In this document: piece by piece, positions 48,395-57,528 of the stretch | Layout: every line of letters begins with the position of its first letter | How positions within the stretch are numbered: the first letter of the stretch is position 1 | Source of the DNA: an uncultured virus (IMG/VR IMGVR_UViG_3300030202_002850) | Lineage: Duplodnaviria; Heunggongvirae; Uroviricota; Caudoviricetes | Strand: one strand, 5' to 3' | IMG/VR virus record: IMGVR_UViG_3300030202_002850 | Location: 1 to 64,000 of that record | Length of the DNA: 64,000 nucleotides | The notes under the pieces: model-generated | What the model saw: the letters and a program-made list of their open reading frames with translations, nothing else | What the model was told of the DNA's origin: nothing | The model's database searches: none | Position numbers and translations under genes: made by a program

Positions 48395-48732
48395 AACAGT
48401 TCTTCCGTTACACTTATTTCAGTGTACAAAAAATTATAGTCACCCTTTTTAACCGCCTCTATAAGCTCTAACATTTTTTTTAAATCCCATGCTTGATGAG
48501 ATAAGCTTCTAGCTTCTCCTAATTTTCTATCATCCTCATTTGCTTCAATAAGCAAACGAGAAGACTCTTCTTGTAGTGAGGCAATCTTTTGATGTATTAG
48601 TTTTTTAAATAAAGAAGCCTCATCTTGTCTCAGCCAACTCTGGAGTCGGATTATCTTGCTGTCCTCCACCGGGGAGTTGGACACTTGAATCATACTGTTC
48701 TTGTTGTGGCGGCTGCGGAGGTTGCAGCGCAT
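48379..48732 (-). CDS. hypothetical protein
   Basis: Small helical ORF between portal and scaffold; start probably MIQVS. Confidence 0.6.
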   Translation of the reverse strand: MRCNLRSRHNKNSMIQVSNSPVEDSKIIRLQSWLRQDEASLFKKLIHQKIASLQEESSRLLIEANEDDRKLGEARSLSHQAWDLKKMLELIEAVKKGDYNFLYTEISVTEELLWHQK

Positions 48733-50820
48733 CTAATATTTGATTAATTGCTTGTGTGTTCTGCTGGGTATTTTCTGACAAAGGCTGAATAACTCCACCA
48801 ACTTCCTCCATAATGGATGCTTTTATTTGCTCAGCAATCTGAACCATTTGTTCTTGCTGTTGCTCGCCTCCTTCAGAAACTTTTTGTAGTTTAAAATCTT
48901 TAGGAAGCCCCATCATATTCCCCATCTGATTGATAACATCAAGCACTTGATCAATACCAATCGTTTGCCGAACTTCTGGATCTCCTATTATTACTTGATA
49001 AAGCTGAGATAAAGCATTAGCCATAGCACTGTCAGAAACCCTATCTAAAGCATCTCGGTAAGAACCAATAGATTCAAGATCAAGGGCAGTTTTCTGTCCT
49101 TTAACACGAACAGATNNNNNNNNNNNNNNNNNNNNNNNNNNNNAGCCATCAACCCTTTATAAAGCTGCTCTTTCCAAGCATTCATAGCGTCATCAACTCC
49201 AGTAGCAGTAAAAGCCAACCTAGTTGTTGTTGTTGAAGCTATTGTCCTAACTTCTTCTGCGGTTTGCTCATGGCTTGCAACTTGAGCTATCTCTTGTGCC
49301 GAGATAACAAGCAATCTTTCAAGCATATCAATTACCTGACGCATTGCTCCAACGATTCCGTTAGTATCAAGCGATGTAAACCTAACACTATTGAAAGCTT
49401 CACGAACATCCGTCTGTGCAAACTTTTGCTGCCTAGAACTAAAAGGCAAAAAGTTTAAAGTTCTAAATAATTTTTCACCCCAGTTTTGAAGTTTTGATAT
49501 TACATCACCACTTACTTGGTCTGTATCTACAAACGTAATGTTTGCTAGGTTCTGTTTAACTGACAAGAGGTATTGGGTTAAGAGGTTTCCGATCTGGTCT
49601 TGAAACGGAACAATCTCCATGCTTAATGAAGCATTAATTGAACGGCCTTCATCCGGGTCATAAGCATAGTAAACAACTGGGCAATAAGGAATCGGAGCAG
49701 CGTGTAAGACAGTATCATCATTAGCAAGACAGAAACGAAACCATACAGGATGATCATAATCACCAAGGCCATACTCAGATGGAATGATCTTTTCAAAATA
49801 TTCAGTAATGAGTACAGCTTTGTCATCTTCAGCTTTGCTATAATATCTATCTAATTCTTTCTCTCTATCTAAAAGACCAACTCCTCTAGAGCTAGATGGA
49901 AACTCCATAGTGCATGGAGACACTAATTCAAGATAGGTTTTTGCGCTTTGAAGCAAGTCAGAGGTTTTTCCGTAGTTAATCTTATCAGTGTTCCAAAACA
50001 TTTTGTTTGTCCTGATATCACCGTAACGCATAATCCTCCAGTAACCAGCAAAGGAACAACCAGAATCAGTATTAAAAGTTGTCGGCCTGTGAGCTTGGTC
50101 AAAGAACGTTCTGCTTGGGTGAGGCATGTGGTATCTTATGCCTTCACGAACATACCTTTCCTCTTCTTGTCCATCCGAATTAATAGATACTTGCTTTTCT
50201 GAATGCCACTCTTCTTGAGGGAATTGCATGCACCACCCATAATGCAGCATCTGAAAAATACTTTGCTTCAAGACTTCGTTGTAACCATAGCTATTTGTAA
50301 TAGCTTGAACCCTGTCTGTAATTATCTCCTCTCTTAGTTTGTTTACAGTAGTATGTTTCCCCATTTCATACTTAAACAAAGGGTACTGTCTGCGATCATT
50401 GTACATTCTTGCCCAGCGAATAGTAACGTAGCTTCGGACAATAGGAACAAACACATTAAAAAATACTGGTATATTTAAAGCCTTCTTAGTCCCTTTTGAA
50501 TCCTCAACCTCCTCAAGCATTGAGGTCAAACCCCAATCATTTACTGCATTAGTTACAGTTTCATCATCTAAATCTTTATTTAGAATTGAGTTAGCAAGTG
50601 TCGGGCTTACTTGTTTAAAGGGAGCATCCCAAGCTAAGTCTAAAGCGTGATAGATCTTATGATTCTTTATGCACCACTGTAACCCATCATCCACTCTATC
50701 TCTAATCTTATCCAGAAGAGGCATAGCATCATCTGGGACATCTCGGTCTTCTCCTCCGAAGATGTTTTTGAGACTGTCTGTGGTTACACCACGCTTATTT
50801 AAAACATTTAAATCAATCAT
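48620..50820 (-). CDS. portal protein (interrupted by an assembly gap at 49116-49143)
   Basis: Track ORFs 49045..50820 and 48620..49024; the 3' frame is open up to the gap (SVRVKGQKTALDLES...); TAEEV motif and Q-rich tail of podoviral portals. Confidence 0.75.
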
Positions 50821-51068
50821 TAGACTATTTTAGGGCTATTTTCCATTAGCCGTTGCTTGTTATATTCTAACACAACTCTATCTCTGACTGCTCGCGGGAC
50901 TTTTTTCCAGACCTTAACATAAACAAAAGAGTCTCCGACTCTAGTAACTTTATCAAAATAGGTTAAGCTGCGAAGGCCATTCCCTTTAGACGGAGAACAG
51001 CCATTCAAACTAAAATCCAAATTCAAAGTACAGTCAGGATTATCAGTTATTGTTATCTCAGGCTTCAC
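50820..51068 (-). CDS. hypothetical protein
   Basis: 82-aa ORF, coupled to the portal. Confidence 0.6.
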   Translation of the reverse strand: MKPEITITDNPDCTLNLDFSLNGCSPSKGNGLRSLTYFDKVTRVGDSFVYVKVWKKVPRAVRDRVVLEYNKQRLMENSPKIV

Positions 51069-51324
51069 CCTTGTTCAGCAGAATAGCAATTGCCTTAGGT
51101 GTTTCACTGTCATCCCCCTCAACATCTTCTGAAGTTTCTTCCTCTTCTTCGTAATCTTCTCCATATTTTTCAATACTCTGAGGATTAACTACTCCAATTA
51201 AAGAGCCGTTCTTTTCTTCAACGGTAATCTCCATAGTTAAGGAATGAGTTTCGCCGGGATCACACTCAGCTAAGGCTTCCCTCATTTCTGGTGTACTTAG
51301 GTCTATAGTAACTTGATTTGCCAT
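51058..51324 (-). CDS. acidic hypothetical protein
   Basis: 88-aa ORF. Confidence 0.65.
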   Translation of the reverse strand: MANQVTIDLSTPEMREALAECDPGETHSLTMEITVEEKNGSLIGVVNPQSIEKYGEDYEEEEETSEDVEGDDSETPKAIAILLNKGEA

Positions 51325-51347
51325 AATGCCCTCTATTCGTTTACATT
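51318..51347 (+). promoter_or_regulatory. putative terL promoter TTGCCA-N18-TACATT, 9 nt before ATG
   Basis: TTGCCA 51318-51323, TACATT 51342-51347, ATG 51357. Confidence 0.45.
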
Positions 51348-51356
51348 AGCACACAT

Positions 51357-52829
51357 ATGCCGTTAGACGCTAGTGGCTACTGGTATCCATCAATAAGCCC
51401 TAAACAGTTAGAAATATTCAACTGCAACAAAAGATACCTACTTGTGAGTGGCCCTCGCTACTCCAGTAAGACTATAGGAGTATTACATAGATTGATGAGA
51501 CACTGCTGGGAAACCAAAAGTGGTCGAGTTGGAATCTTTTGCAAGACAATTAGAAACGCAAAGTCTGGAGTATGGAGTGACTTAATAGATATTATCATTC
51601 CAGAATGGGTAGAAAACCTTGAGGGTTTTGAGCTTACAGTACCCCCCAAAGTAGACGGTGTTACTAAAATGCACTACATGAGGATATCAAACATCCACGG
51701 CAACGAAACAGAAATACAACTGCATTCACTAGACAACGACCATGATATCGAGGAAAAAATTAAAGGTACTCGGTTCTCTATGATATTCTTTTCAGAGCTT
51801 TCAAACTTTAAAGACAACTGTGTGTTCACAATTAGTAAAGGACAGTTGCGATTGCCCGGATTAGATTACGGTAGACATCAGTGGATAGGGGATACAAACC
51901 CGGCAGAAGAGGGAACAAGTTCATGGATATACAAATTATGGTATGACGAGCCAAATAAAGAAGACCACCCAGACCCTGAATACGCTAGTCAATTTGCAAT
52001 CATAGAATCAATGATACATGACAATCCTTACCTCTCTGAATGGGATAAAAAAGATTTAATAGCAACATTTAGAGGAGACCCAGAAATGTACGACAGATAT
52101 GTTTTGGGAAAGTGGACTGCAAGTAGCACTGATTCTCACTTCGGGAAAGTGTTTAAACCAGATATCCATGTTATCGGGGATGTGGAAAGCCCAATAGAAG
52201 ATGAATGGGAAGTTATTCTTCCATCAGATGGATGCACTGAACTTATAGGAGGCTGGGATTTAGGAGACAGGAATCATGCTTTTCATATTATGGAAAAGAT
52301 AGAAACAGTCAACGGTGTAAGGTGGTCAGTTTTAGATGAGCTAGTAGTGCTACACGCAGACGTAAGTTTAGAAGACTTTGCGGGGGAGGCACTTGATAAG
52401 ATAGAAAAGCTAGAAGAGTATATTGGAAATCAAGTCAGATGGACTCATTGGTCAGACAACTCATCAATGATTAGGTACAGGGCATCTGCAAACACATACG
52501 ACCATAGGGTTATAGCGGCTGCAAGTGACGGTAAGATAAACCTAATAGGAGCGCCTAAATTCAGTGGATCAGTAAGGCAGAGAGTAAAACTAATAAAAGA
52601 TTTATTAATGCAAAATCGATTACATGTTAGCGCTCACTGCCAACGAACAATCGACATGTTAAAGTTTTTAAGAAAAGGAAAGTCTGCTGGTCAGTACGTC
52701 ACATCTGACGACAATAAGCACAGCTTTGACTCTTTAAGTTACGCTTTGATTGGTGAAATGAGTTCCGACCTGATAATATCCAACGCTCCGACAAGCGGAA
52801 AAATTGGCTTAACTTCCCTCCCACTTTAA
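51357..52829 (+). CDS. terL: terminase large subunit
   Basis: Q motif SPKQ, Walker A variant SGPRYSSKT, Walker B variant IFFSE, coupling motif DTNP, DNPYL, nuclease GWDLG and HSFDSLSY. Confidence 0.9.
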   Translation: MPLDASGYWYPSISPKQLEIFNCNKRYLLVSGPRYSSKTIGVLHRLMRHCWETKSGRVGIFCKTIRNAKSGVWSDLIDIIIPEWVENLEGFELTVPPKVDGVTKMHYMRISNIHGNETEIQLHSLDNDHDIEEKIKGTRFSMIFFSELSNFKDNCVFTISKGQLRLPGLDYGRHQWIGDTNPAEEGTSSWIYKLWYDEPNKEDHPDPEYASQFAIIESMIHDNPYLSEWDKKDLIATFRGDPEMYDRYVLGKWTASSTDSHFGKVFKPDIHVIGDVESPIEDEWEVILPSDGCTELIGGWDLGDRNHAFHIMEKIETVNGVRWSVLDELVVLHADVSLEDFAGEALDKIEKLEEYIGNQVRWTHWSDNSSMIRYRASANTYDHRVIAAASDGKINLIGAPKFSGSVRQRVKLIKDLLMQNRLHVSAHCQRTIDMLKFLRKGKSAGQYVTSDDNKHSFDSLSYALIGEMSSDLIISNAPTSGKIGLTSLPL

Positions 52830-52884
52830 TCTTAGGAGCTTTAAACGGACTTTTTCTTGCCACTTTTTTTCTTACATAAGCTCA

Positions 52885-53172
52885 TCACCATTTAACTTTG
52901 TGCGACCAATAGCGAGCGGATAATTTTGAAGGGCTGCTATCTTGAGCATTGTGCCTAGCATAATAACTGGCTTTCCTTGCTTTGTCTTTAGCACTCGTAG
53001 GGTTTTTACCCGCACCTTTCACTCCTTGCTGCCCAAATCTTATTGTCTTTATCTTGTCGCCATCTTTTGCAACAACAACGTGAGACTTTGTTTTATGATT
53101 CGGAGTTCTTTTTGGTTTGTTGAACCCGCTTACTCCCGCTCTTGCGAGTCTTGGGTCTTTTTTCTTTGGCAT
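52885..53172 (-). CDS. conserved basic phage protein
   Basis: KTIRFGQQG...YYARH...SARYWS family common in aquatic phages. Confidence 0.75.
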   Translation of the reverse strand: MPKKKDPRLARAGVSGFNKPKRTPNHKTKSHVVVAKDGDKIKTIRFGQQGVKGAGKNPTSAKDKARKASYYARHNAQDSSPSKLSARYWSHKVKW

Positions 53173-53512
53173 TAGTTACTTTCTTTTTAGGTGTTTTCTT
53201 TTTAGCTACTTTCTTTCTAGCTCGTACTCTAGGCTTGCTAATCTTTTGAGTACTGCCTTTGTCCAGTCTGGTGCGGCTTTTGCAGCATCCTGAAACTGGG
53301 GGTGTTCGACCATCTCTTCGACATTGTTCAGCTTCGTCGTCGCACAGCCCTGAACCATTAACCCTGTCAACAGCATCATTAATAAAATCAATTTTTTCTT
53401 CATACCTTTTTTGAGCTTTTGTTTCTTTTCGGAATTCATCTATCTTTAGAAAAAGCCGCCCCAATATAGGAACGGCTTTGATTAAAGAGGCTATCAGTTT
53501 AAGGATGCCCAT
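53093..53512 (-). CDS. putative i-spanin-like protein
   Basis: N-terminal hydrophobic/amphipathic helix, coiled coil, Cys residues; contains an embedded lipoprotein gene. Confidence 0.5.
   Translation of the reverse strand: MGILKLIASLIKAVPILGRLFLKIDEFRKETKAQKRYEEKIDFINDAVDRVNGSGLCDDEAEQCRRDGRTPPVSGCCKSRTRLDKGSTQKISKPRVRARKKVAKKKTPKKKVTNAKEKRPKTRKSGSKRVQQTKKNSES
53206..53403 (-). CDS. lipoprotein, putative o-spanin
   Basis: MKKKLILLMMLLTGLMVQG-C signal peptide with lipobox; nested in another frame. Confidence 0.6.
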   Translation of the reverse strand: MKKKLILLMMLLTGLMVQGCATTKLNNVEEMVEHPQFQDAAKAAPDWTKAVLKRLASLEYELERK

Positions 53513-53527
53513 TACACTTTAACAGTA

Positions 53528-53707
53528 TTAAGCTTCCCCGTTTGCAGCCTTCTCTGCTTTCTTTACGCCGTGGCGCAAGAATAAGGCTAACAGACTTGTG
53601 ATTACTACGTTTGTGGCAGCACCTAGCTCAAGCTCACCAGTAAAATAACCAGCGACTCCAGCAATTGCTCCAGTAATAGCAGTCCAAAATGTTTTTGATT
53701 TAATCAT
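53528..53707 (-). CDS. holin-like protein (59 aa)
   Basis: Manual translation MIKSKTFWTAITGAIAGVAGYFTGELELGAATNVVITSLLALFLRHGVKKAEKAANGEA*; 2 TM helices, charged tail. Confidence 0.7.
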   Translation of the reverse strand: MIKSKTFWTAITGAIAGVAGYFTGELELGAATNVVITSLLALFLRHGVKKAEKAANGEA

Positions 53708-54051
53708 TTCTTCTTACGATTTTTTGGTTTCGGTTTGTTAACTTCAACTGCTCCCAACTTTACAACAGTAGACCCTACCTTATTGGTAATGGTTAATGTT
53801 GGAAATGGAACGTCAATAGCTAGGTAAGGAACTTTAAAGAAAAGCCCTTCAGGAGAAACCTTAGCATCTGGAACAGTTCCAGCTTTTGCACCTAAGCAAA
53901 GAGATGGAATTGGCCAGCTAAGTTTTTGCCCGAACAGTTTAACATTAGGTGAAGGTTTTAAACCCGCACCAAACAAACTGCTTGCACTGGCGTTAGACGT
54001 TAATCCGAATAACACCCCAATTAGTAATACACAACTTAATCTTTTCTTCAT
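53704..54051 (-). CDS. secreted hypothetical protein
   Basis: Signal peptide ending ASA; 115 aa. Confidence 0.65.
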   Translation of the reverse strand: MKKRLSCVLLIGVLFGLTSNASASSLFGAGLKPSPNVKLFGQKLSWPIPSLCLGAKAGTVPDAKVSPEGLFFKVPYLAIDVPFPTLTITNKVGSTVVKLGAVEVNKPKPKNRKKK

Positions 54052-54203
54052 CTTGATTTCAGTAGGTTTAATATCTTGAGTATGATATAGACGAGGGTAG
54101 CAACACTAATAGCTACTTTTAGTAAAATATCTATTTGAAGCATCCAGTTTCCTATCCCAAGCCCCGCAGATGCGAAGACTTTTATATCGTCTATAACCCT
54201 CAT
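54048..54203 (-). CDS. small membrane protein (51 aa), holin-like
   Basis: Manual translation MRVIDDIKVFASAGLGIGNWMLQIDILLKVAISVATLVYIILKILNLLKSR*. Confidence 0.6.
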   Translation of the reverse strand: MRVIDDIKVFASAGLGIGNWMLQIDILLKVAISVATLVYIILKILNLLKSR

Positions 54204-54206
54204 TCA

Positions 54207-54404
54207 TTACCCTTCAGACTCACTTGAGTCAGGCATTTCTATTTCTGGAGCAGGGCTTTCTGCAAGCCCACACTTAGAAGCAACTATTTGAGCTGCTTGC
54301 TTAACTTGATCATGTTCCGCCGCAGTTAATCTTGCTTGGGCTGCGGCATTAAACAGAATCTGCACAGCAGTCTGTACTTGTTGGTCTTTATTATCATCTG
54401 CCAT
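54207..54404 (-). CDS. hypothetical protein
   Basis: MADDNKDQ...; likely start at 54404. Confidence 0.65.
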   Translation of the reverse strand: MADDNKDQQVQTAVQILFNAAAQARLTAAEHDQVKQAAQIVASKCGLAESPAPEIEMPDSSESEG

Positions 54405-54414
54405 AGGCGGGATC

Positions 54415-54444
54415 ATTGTAGCACCTTCTTTAAATATGTGGCAA
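54415..54444 (-). promoter_or_regulatory. putative promoter TTGCCA-N18-TACAAT (extended -10)
   Basis: Minus strand TTGCCACATATTTAAAGAAGGTGCTACAAT, 10 nt before ATG. Confidence 0.55.
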
Positions 54445-54457
54445 TATTCATAAACAA

Positions 54458-54478
54458 CAATATCTGGGCCAGTTATTT
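54458..54478. repeat. 21-bp palindromic motif
   Basis: CAATATCTGGGCCAGTTATTT. Confidence 0.9.
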
Positions 54479-54534
54479 ACTCTTACTGCATTCACCCTTG
54501 CAAGTATCCTCAAAGCAGTCTTTGTTGGTACACA

Positions 54535-54798
54535 TTAGGTCTTCTTTCTTTTAGTGTTCGTGACTCTCCTCGGCTTCCCTGCTGGTTGACCAAGACGTTT
54601 CTTCTCTCCTATCTTCTTTTTCTTCTCAGTAGCCGACATCTCCCCGCTAGTCTTTGGGGTAGAAGCATTCACACGCTTAGACGGTCGGCAGTATGGTGTT
54701 CCACGCTTCTCGCCCTTAGAGCGCCCACACTCCTTGCCCGTCTTAACGTCCTTCCACTTCTCCTTGTGCCAGCGGCGCAGACCACCAGAGTAAGCCAT
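54535..54798 (-). CDS. conserved basic phage protein (DUF5872-like)
   Basis: GGLRRWHKEKWKDV...CGRS...PYCRPSKRV...TPKT. Confidence 0.7.
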   Translation of the reverse strand: MAYSGGLRRWHKEKWKDVKTGKECGRSKGEKRGTPYCRPSKRVNASTPKTSGEMSATEKKKKIGEKKRLGQPAGKPRRVTNTKRKKT

Positions 54799-54962
54799 TA
54801 CGACCACCTACCTCCCTTTTCCTTATACCACTTAGCGGCATAAGAGTTAGAGTAAGCTGAAGGGTGTACCTTGTACTTTTTCTTGGCCTCGGACTGCGCC
54901 CTTGACCAAAGAGAAGGATTACTCGGCTTCGGCTTCTTCTGAGCTTTCTTCTTCGTTGCCAT
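54798..54962 (-). CDS. conserved basic phage protein
   Basis: P.NPSLWSR...AKKKYKVHPSAY...YKEKGGRW. Confidence 0.7.
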   Translation of the reverse strand: MATKKKAQKKPKPSNPSLWSRAQSEAKKKYKVHPSAYSNSYAAKWYKEKGGRWS

Positions 54963-55356
54963 CAGTGTCACCTTCCGCTTCTGAAGTGTCTTCCTCAACA
55001 GGCTCAGGCTCAGGTGTAGGCTCAGGTGTAGGCTCAACAGTAGTATCAACCGTTATCTCTGGAGCTTCAAACTCCTCAACACGTTTAGGCTGTGCTTTCT
55101 GTGCCTCTATCTGAGAATCCAAACTAGCTATCCAATTGTTATCAGCAGCAAACTGTGACACTAGAGTGTTAGCCTGTTCTTTGAACTCATTGAGCATCGG
55201 CATACTATCCATTGGATATTTGTATATCCCGTCAATGTATGAACTGTTCCCGTCTGGGTCTGTTGCTTGGAGTCCTATGACAACCTCGCAAACACAGTTG
55301 GGATCATCTGATTTATGGAGAGGCTCTAGCCTCACGCATCGGTATGTATTAGCCAT
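54919..55356 (-). CDS. tail-fibre-associated hypothetical protein
   Basis: Likely start MANTYRC at 55356; acidic PEPT C-terminal tail. Confidence 0.6.
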   Translation of the reverse strand: MANTYRCVRLEPLHKSDDPNCVCEVVIGLQATDPDGNSSYIDGIYKYPMDSMPMLNEFKEQANTLVSQFAADNNWIASLDSQIEAQKAQPKRVEEFEAPEITVDTTVEPTPEPTPEPEPVEEDTSEAEGDTDGNEEESSEEAEAE

Positions 55357-55357
55357 A

Positions 55358-55474
55358 TCAATATCCTTTCTTAGGTTTTCTTCCTTTAGGTTTAGCGCTT
55401 CCTTTAGGTTTGGCACTTCCTTTTTTCGGTGGTCTTCCCACTTTACTTCCATAAGTTCCGGGGCCGTGTGGCAT
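55358..55474 (-). CDS. small basic protein (38 aa)
   Basis: Manual translation MPHGPGTYGSKVGRPPKKGSAKPKGSAKPKGRKPKKGY*; AAGGA RBS. Confidence 0.65.
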   Translation of the reverse strand: MPHGPGTYGSKVGRPPKKGSAKPKGSAKPKGRKPKKGY

Positions 55475-55491
55475 ATCTCTATTTCCTTTCT

Positions 55492-56115
55492 TTATTTTGC
55501 TTGTGTGTCTACTGGTTCCAATGTAGATGCCAGCATCTGTGTAAATCTTGCAAGTCCTTCGGCTGGTGGATTCTGCGTTGCTTCAACGTCTATTGAATAA
55601 CGTGCTGAGAAGTCTGTTTCCCTAGTGTTTTCACTCTTAGTAGTAACGCTACCAGTGTGTGAGTTAGAATGACTGCCCCCAGCTTCAAATCCTACCCCCC
55701 AAAAATGTCCACTAACAGAAGCGTGACCTTCAGTTTTAGATTCATCTTTCTGAGTATTCTCTGATGACTCGGTGTTAGATGAATGACTCTTAACCTCCAT
55801 ATCAAAATGCACCTTCACATCTGATATAGATAAGTTAGGTATCGTTACCATCGTTAATAACGGCATCTTCACCATCTGTTTTTGAGGAGTAGTTCTCCCC
55901 TTGATAAGCCGTTCAACTTCTACGTCAACGGTACGGGTTCTAGTTTTCTTTGGATCGTCTGGATCANNNNNNNNNNCGATAGAGGATACGAAATCCAAAG
56001 TTACGCCAGCTAATTTCTTCTGGCCTTTAGCCGCTGAAACTAGCGGATCTACTATGAGTTCCGAGATCGGTAGACCTTGGAAATCCTTTAATTGTGCGTC
56101 ATCTGCTCCGGGCAT
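55492..56115 (-). CDS. DUF2589-like protein (gap at 55967-55976)
   Basis: FQGLPISELIVDPLVSAAKGQ...LA, PLLTMVTIPNLSI...FDMEV, PAEGL motifs. Confidence 0.75.
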   Translation of the reverse strand: MPGADDAQLKDFQGLPISELIVDPLVSAAKGQKKLAGVTLDFVSSIXXXXDPDDPKKTRTRTVDVEVERLIKGRTTPQKQMVKMPLLTMVTIPNLSISDVKVHFDMEVKSHSSNTESSENTQKDESKTEGHASVSGHFWGVGFEAGGSHSNSHTGSVTTKSENTRETDFSARYSIDVEATQNPPAEGLARFTQMLASTLEPVDTQAK

Positions 56116-56119
56116 AATA

Positions 56120-56509
56120 TTATATTGTAGGTATTAATTTTACCAAGTTATCCCCAACCCTTGCCATGCCTTCAGCTTGACTTGTGCTGGAAAATTTTAT
56201 CTTAACATTAGCCATTTTAGATTTTCTTAATTTACCTAAACAGCCAATTGCTTTCTCTCCATCGTGATCTAGGTTTACCTCTAGGTCTACCTCGCATGTA
56301 TCTATCTTTAATGTGTTGTGAGGGACTAACGTAAACAATGGAACCTCAACTTCCTTATCGTTTAATGTCATCTTCACAGTTTTTGCCGTTCCGTCTTCGT
56401 TGAAATAACCATCTCTAACACTGTTAGATAGATTCTCTTCAACTGATTTTTGCGCGTGTACTACTGCTGAGTAGATTCCGTCGAATATGTTTTGTAGTTC
56501 CCCTGCCAT
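56120..56509 (-). CDS. DUF2589-like protein (partner)
   Basis: GIYSAVVHAQ, VPLFTLVP...LKID, EGMAR motifs. Confidence 0.7.
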   Translation of the reverse strand: MAGELQNIFDGIYSAVVHAQKSVEENLSNSVRDGYFNEDGTAKTVKMTLNDKEVEVPLFTLVPHNTLKIDTCEVDLEVNLDHDGEKAIGCLGKLRKSKMANVKIKFSSTSQAEGMARVGDNLVKLIPTI

Positions 56510-56847
56510 TATTCAATAATTTCCGAAGTTCCGTAAGCTGCCGTGTATTTCAACCTCAAAGAGTCCACATGCTTTTCAATCTCGTCAATATCTTTCTCTA
56601 AATATCGCAACCTCATATTCTGCTCAGCATCATCAGGAAGAGCGCCAAGCTCTCCTCTTGGCCACTTTATCCTAAACTCAGAATTAGCTCCAACATTCTG
56701 CTCCATTCTCATTATTTGAATTTCGATTTGTTGGATTCTGCTAGTCAGCCCAAAGTAACCCCAAACCGCCATTGCACTCACAACTACAATTTGTATAAGC
56801 CATTTAAGGTTTATACCCAAGTTAGTATTATCATCTAAGTCTGCCAT
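56509..56847 (-). CDS. membrane-anchored coiled-coil phage protein
   Basis: TM helix, then EFRIKWPRGELGALPDDAEQ. Confidence 0.7.
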   Translation of the reverse strand: MADLDDNTNLGINLKWLIQIVVVSAMAVWGYFGLTSRIQQIEIQIMRMEQNVGANSEFRIKWPRGELGALPDDAEQNMRLRYLEKDIDEIEKHVDSLRLKYTAAYGTSEIIE

Positions 56848-57115
56848 AATTCATTTCCATTAATGCGGGCATTGCCCTAAATTTATTAGTCGTAACACCC
56901 CAGTCAAAAATACTTTTTTCCTCTTGTGCTGGATGTGTCGGGTAATACTCTATATCTAATCCACCAAAATCCGCTTCAAGGCTTTTAATGTTTTTGCAAC
57001 CAGAGCCGAATAAAATACAAATAATAGATAGTAAAAAAATAATTACCCACCTATGAACCTCCTCTTTATATCTGGCCCAGATATTATCCCTGTAAACTAT
57101 TTCTTCTTTTATCAT
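56831..57115 (-). CDS. putative lipoprotein
   Basis: Hydrophobic stretch ending LFGSG-C. Confidence 0.5.
   Translation of the reverse strand: MIKEEIVYRDNIWARYKEEVHRWVIIFLLSIICILFGSGCKNIKSLEADFGGLDIEYYPTHPAQEEKSIFDWGVTTNKFRAMPALMEMNYGRLR
57066..57086. repeat. 21-bp palindromic motif (intragenic)
   Basis: TTATATCTGGCCCAGATATTA. Confidence 0.9.
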
Positions 57116-57528
57116 CTTTTCCTTCCTGTTGGCTTTTCAACCAACTCGACTTTCATAGGCTCCTTCTCGCTCCCTTTCGGAAGATACTCAGGAGCATGGT
57201 TGGTTAATACTTTTTCACACGTTAATGTTGATAATACCGTGTTTCTAACTCTCATAGCCGTTTGCCTATCTTCCATATAAAACACTGTCTCCCTAGCTCC
57301 TATCCTTGCTATACGGGCTTGTCTTCCATTCAGGAAAACTATCTCATCCACCGCCCATTGTTTAGAAAAATAAACCCCAAGCCCTGCGGCAAACTCTTGA
57401 ATTAATTCTCTGAATAACAGTAATGCTACTCCAGCAGCAAACACCCAGATCCATTCAGTCATAAGACCCTTAGCTGCTCCTTCAATTATATTTGGATTAC
57501 TTAATTGCTCTATTAAATTAGTATTCAT
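57112..57528 (-). CDS. MscS-like membrane protein (TM + beta domain)
   Basis: LLFRELIQEFAAGL..., VDEIVFLNGRQARIARIG..ETVF pattern. Confidence 0.6.
   Translation of the reverse strand: MNTNLIEQLSNPNIIEGAAKGLMTEWIWVFAAGVALLLFRELIQEFAAGLGVYFSKQWAVDEIVFLNGRQARIARIGARETVFYMEDRQTAMRVRNTVLSTLTCEKVLTNHAPEYLPKGSEKEPMKVELVEKPTGRKR

Noticed and set aside
49045..49143. Frameshifted or split portal gene
   Set aside because: The break coincides with a 28-N assembly gap, and the downstream frame is open up to the gap.
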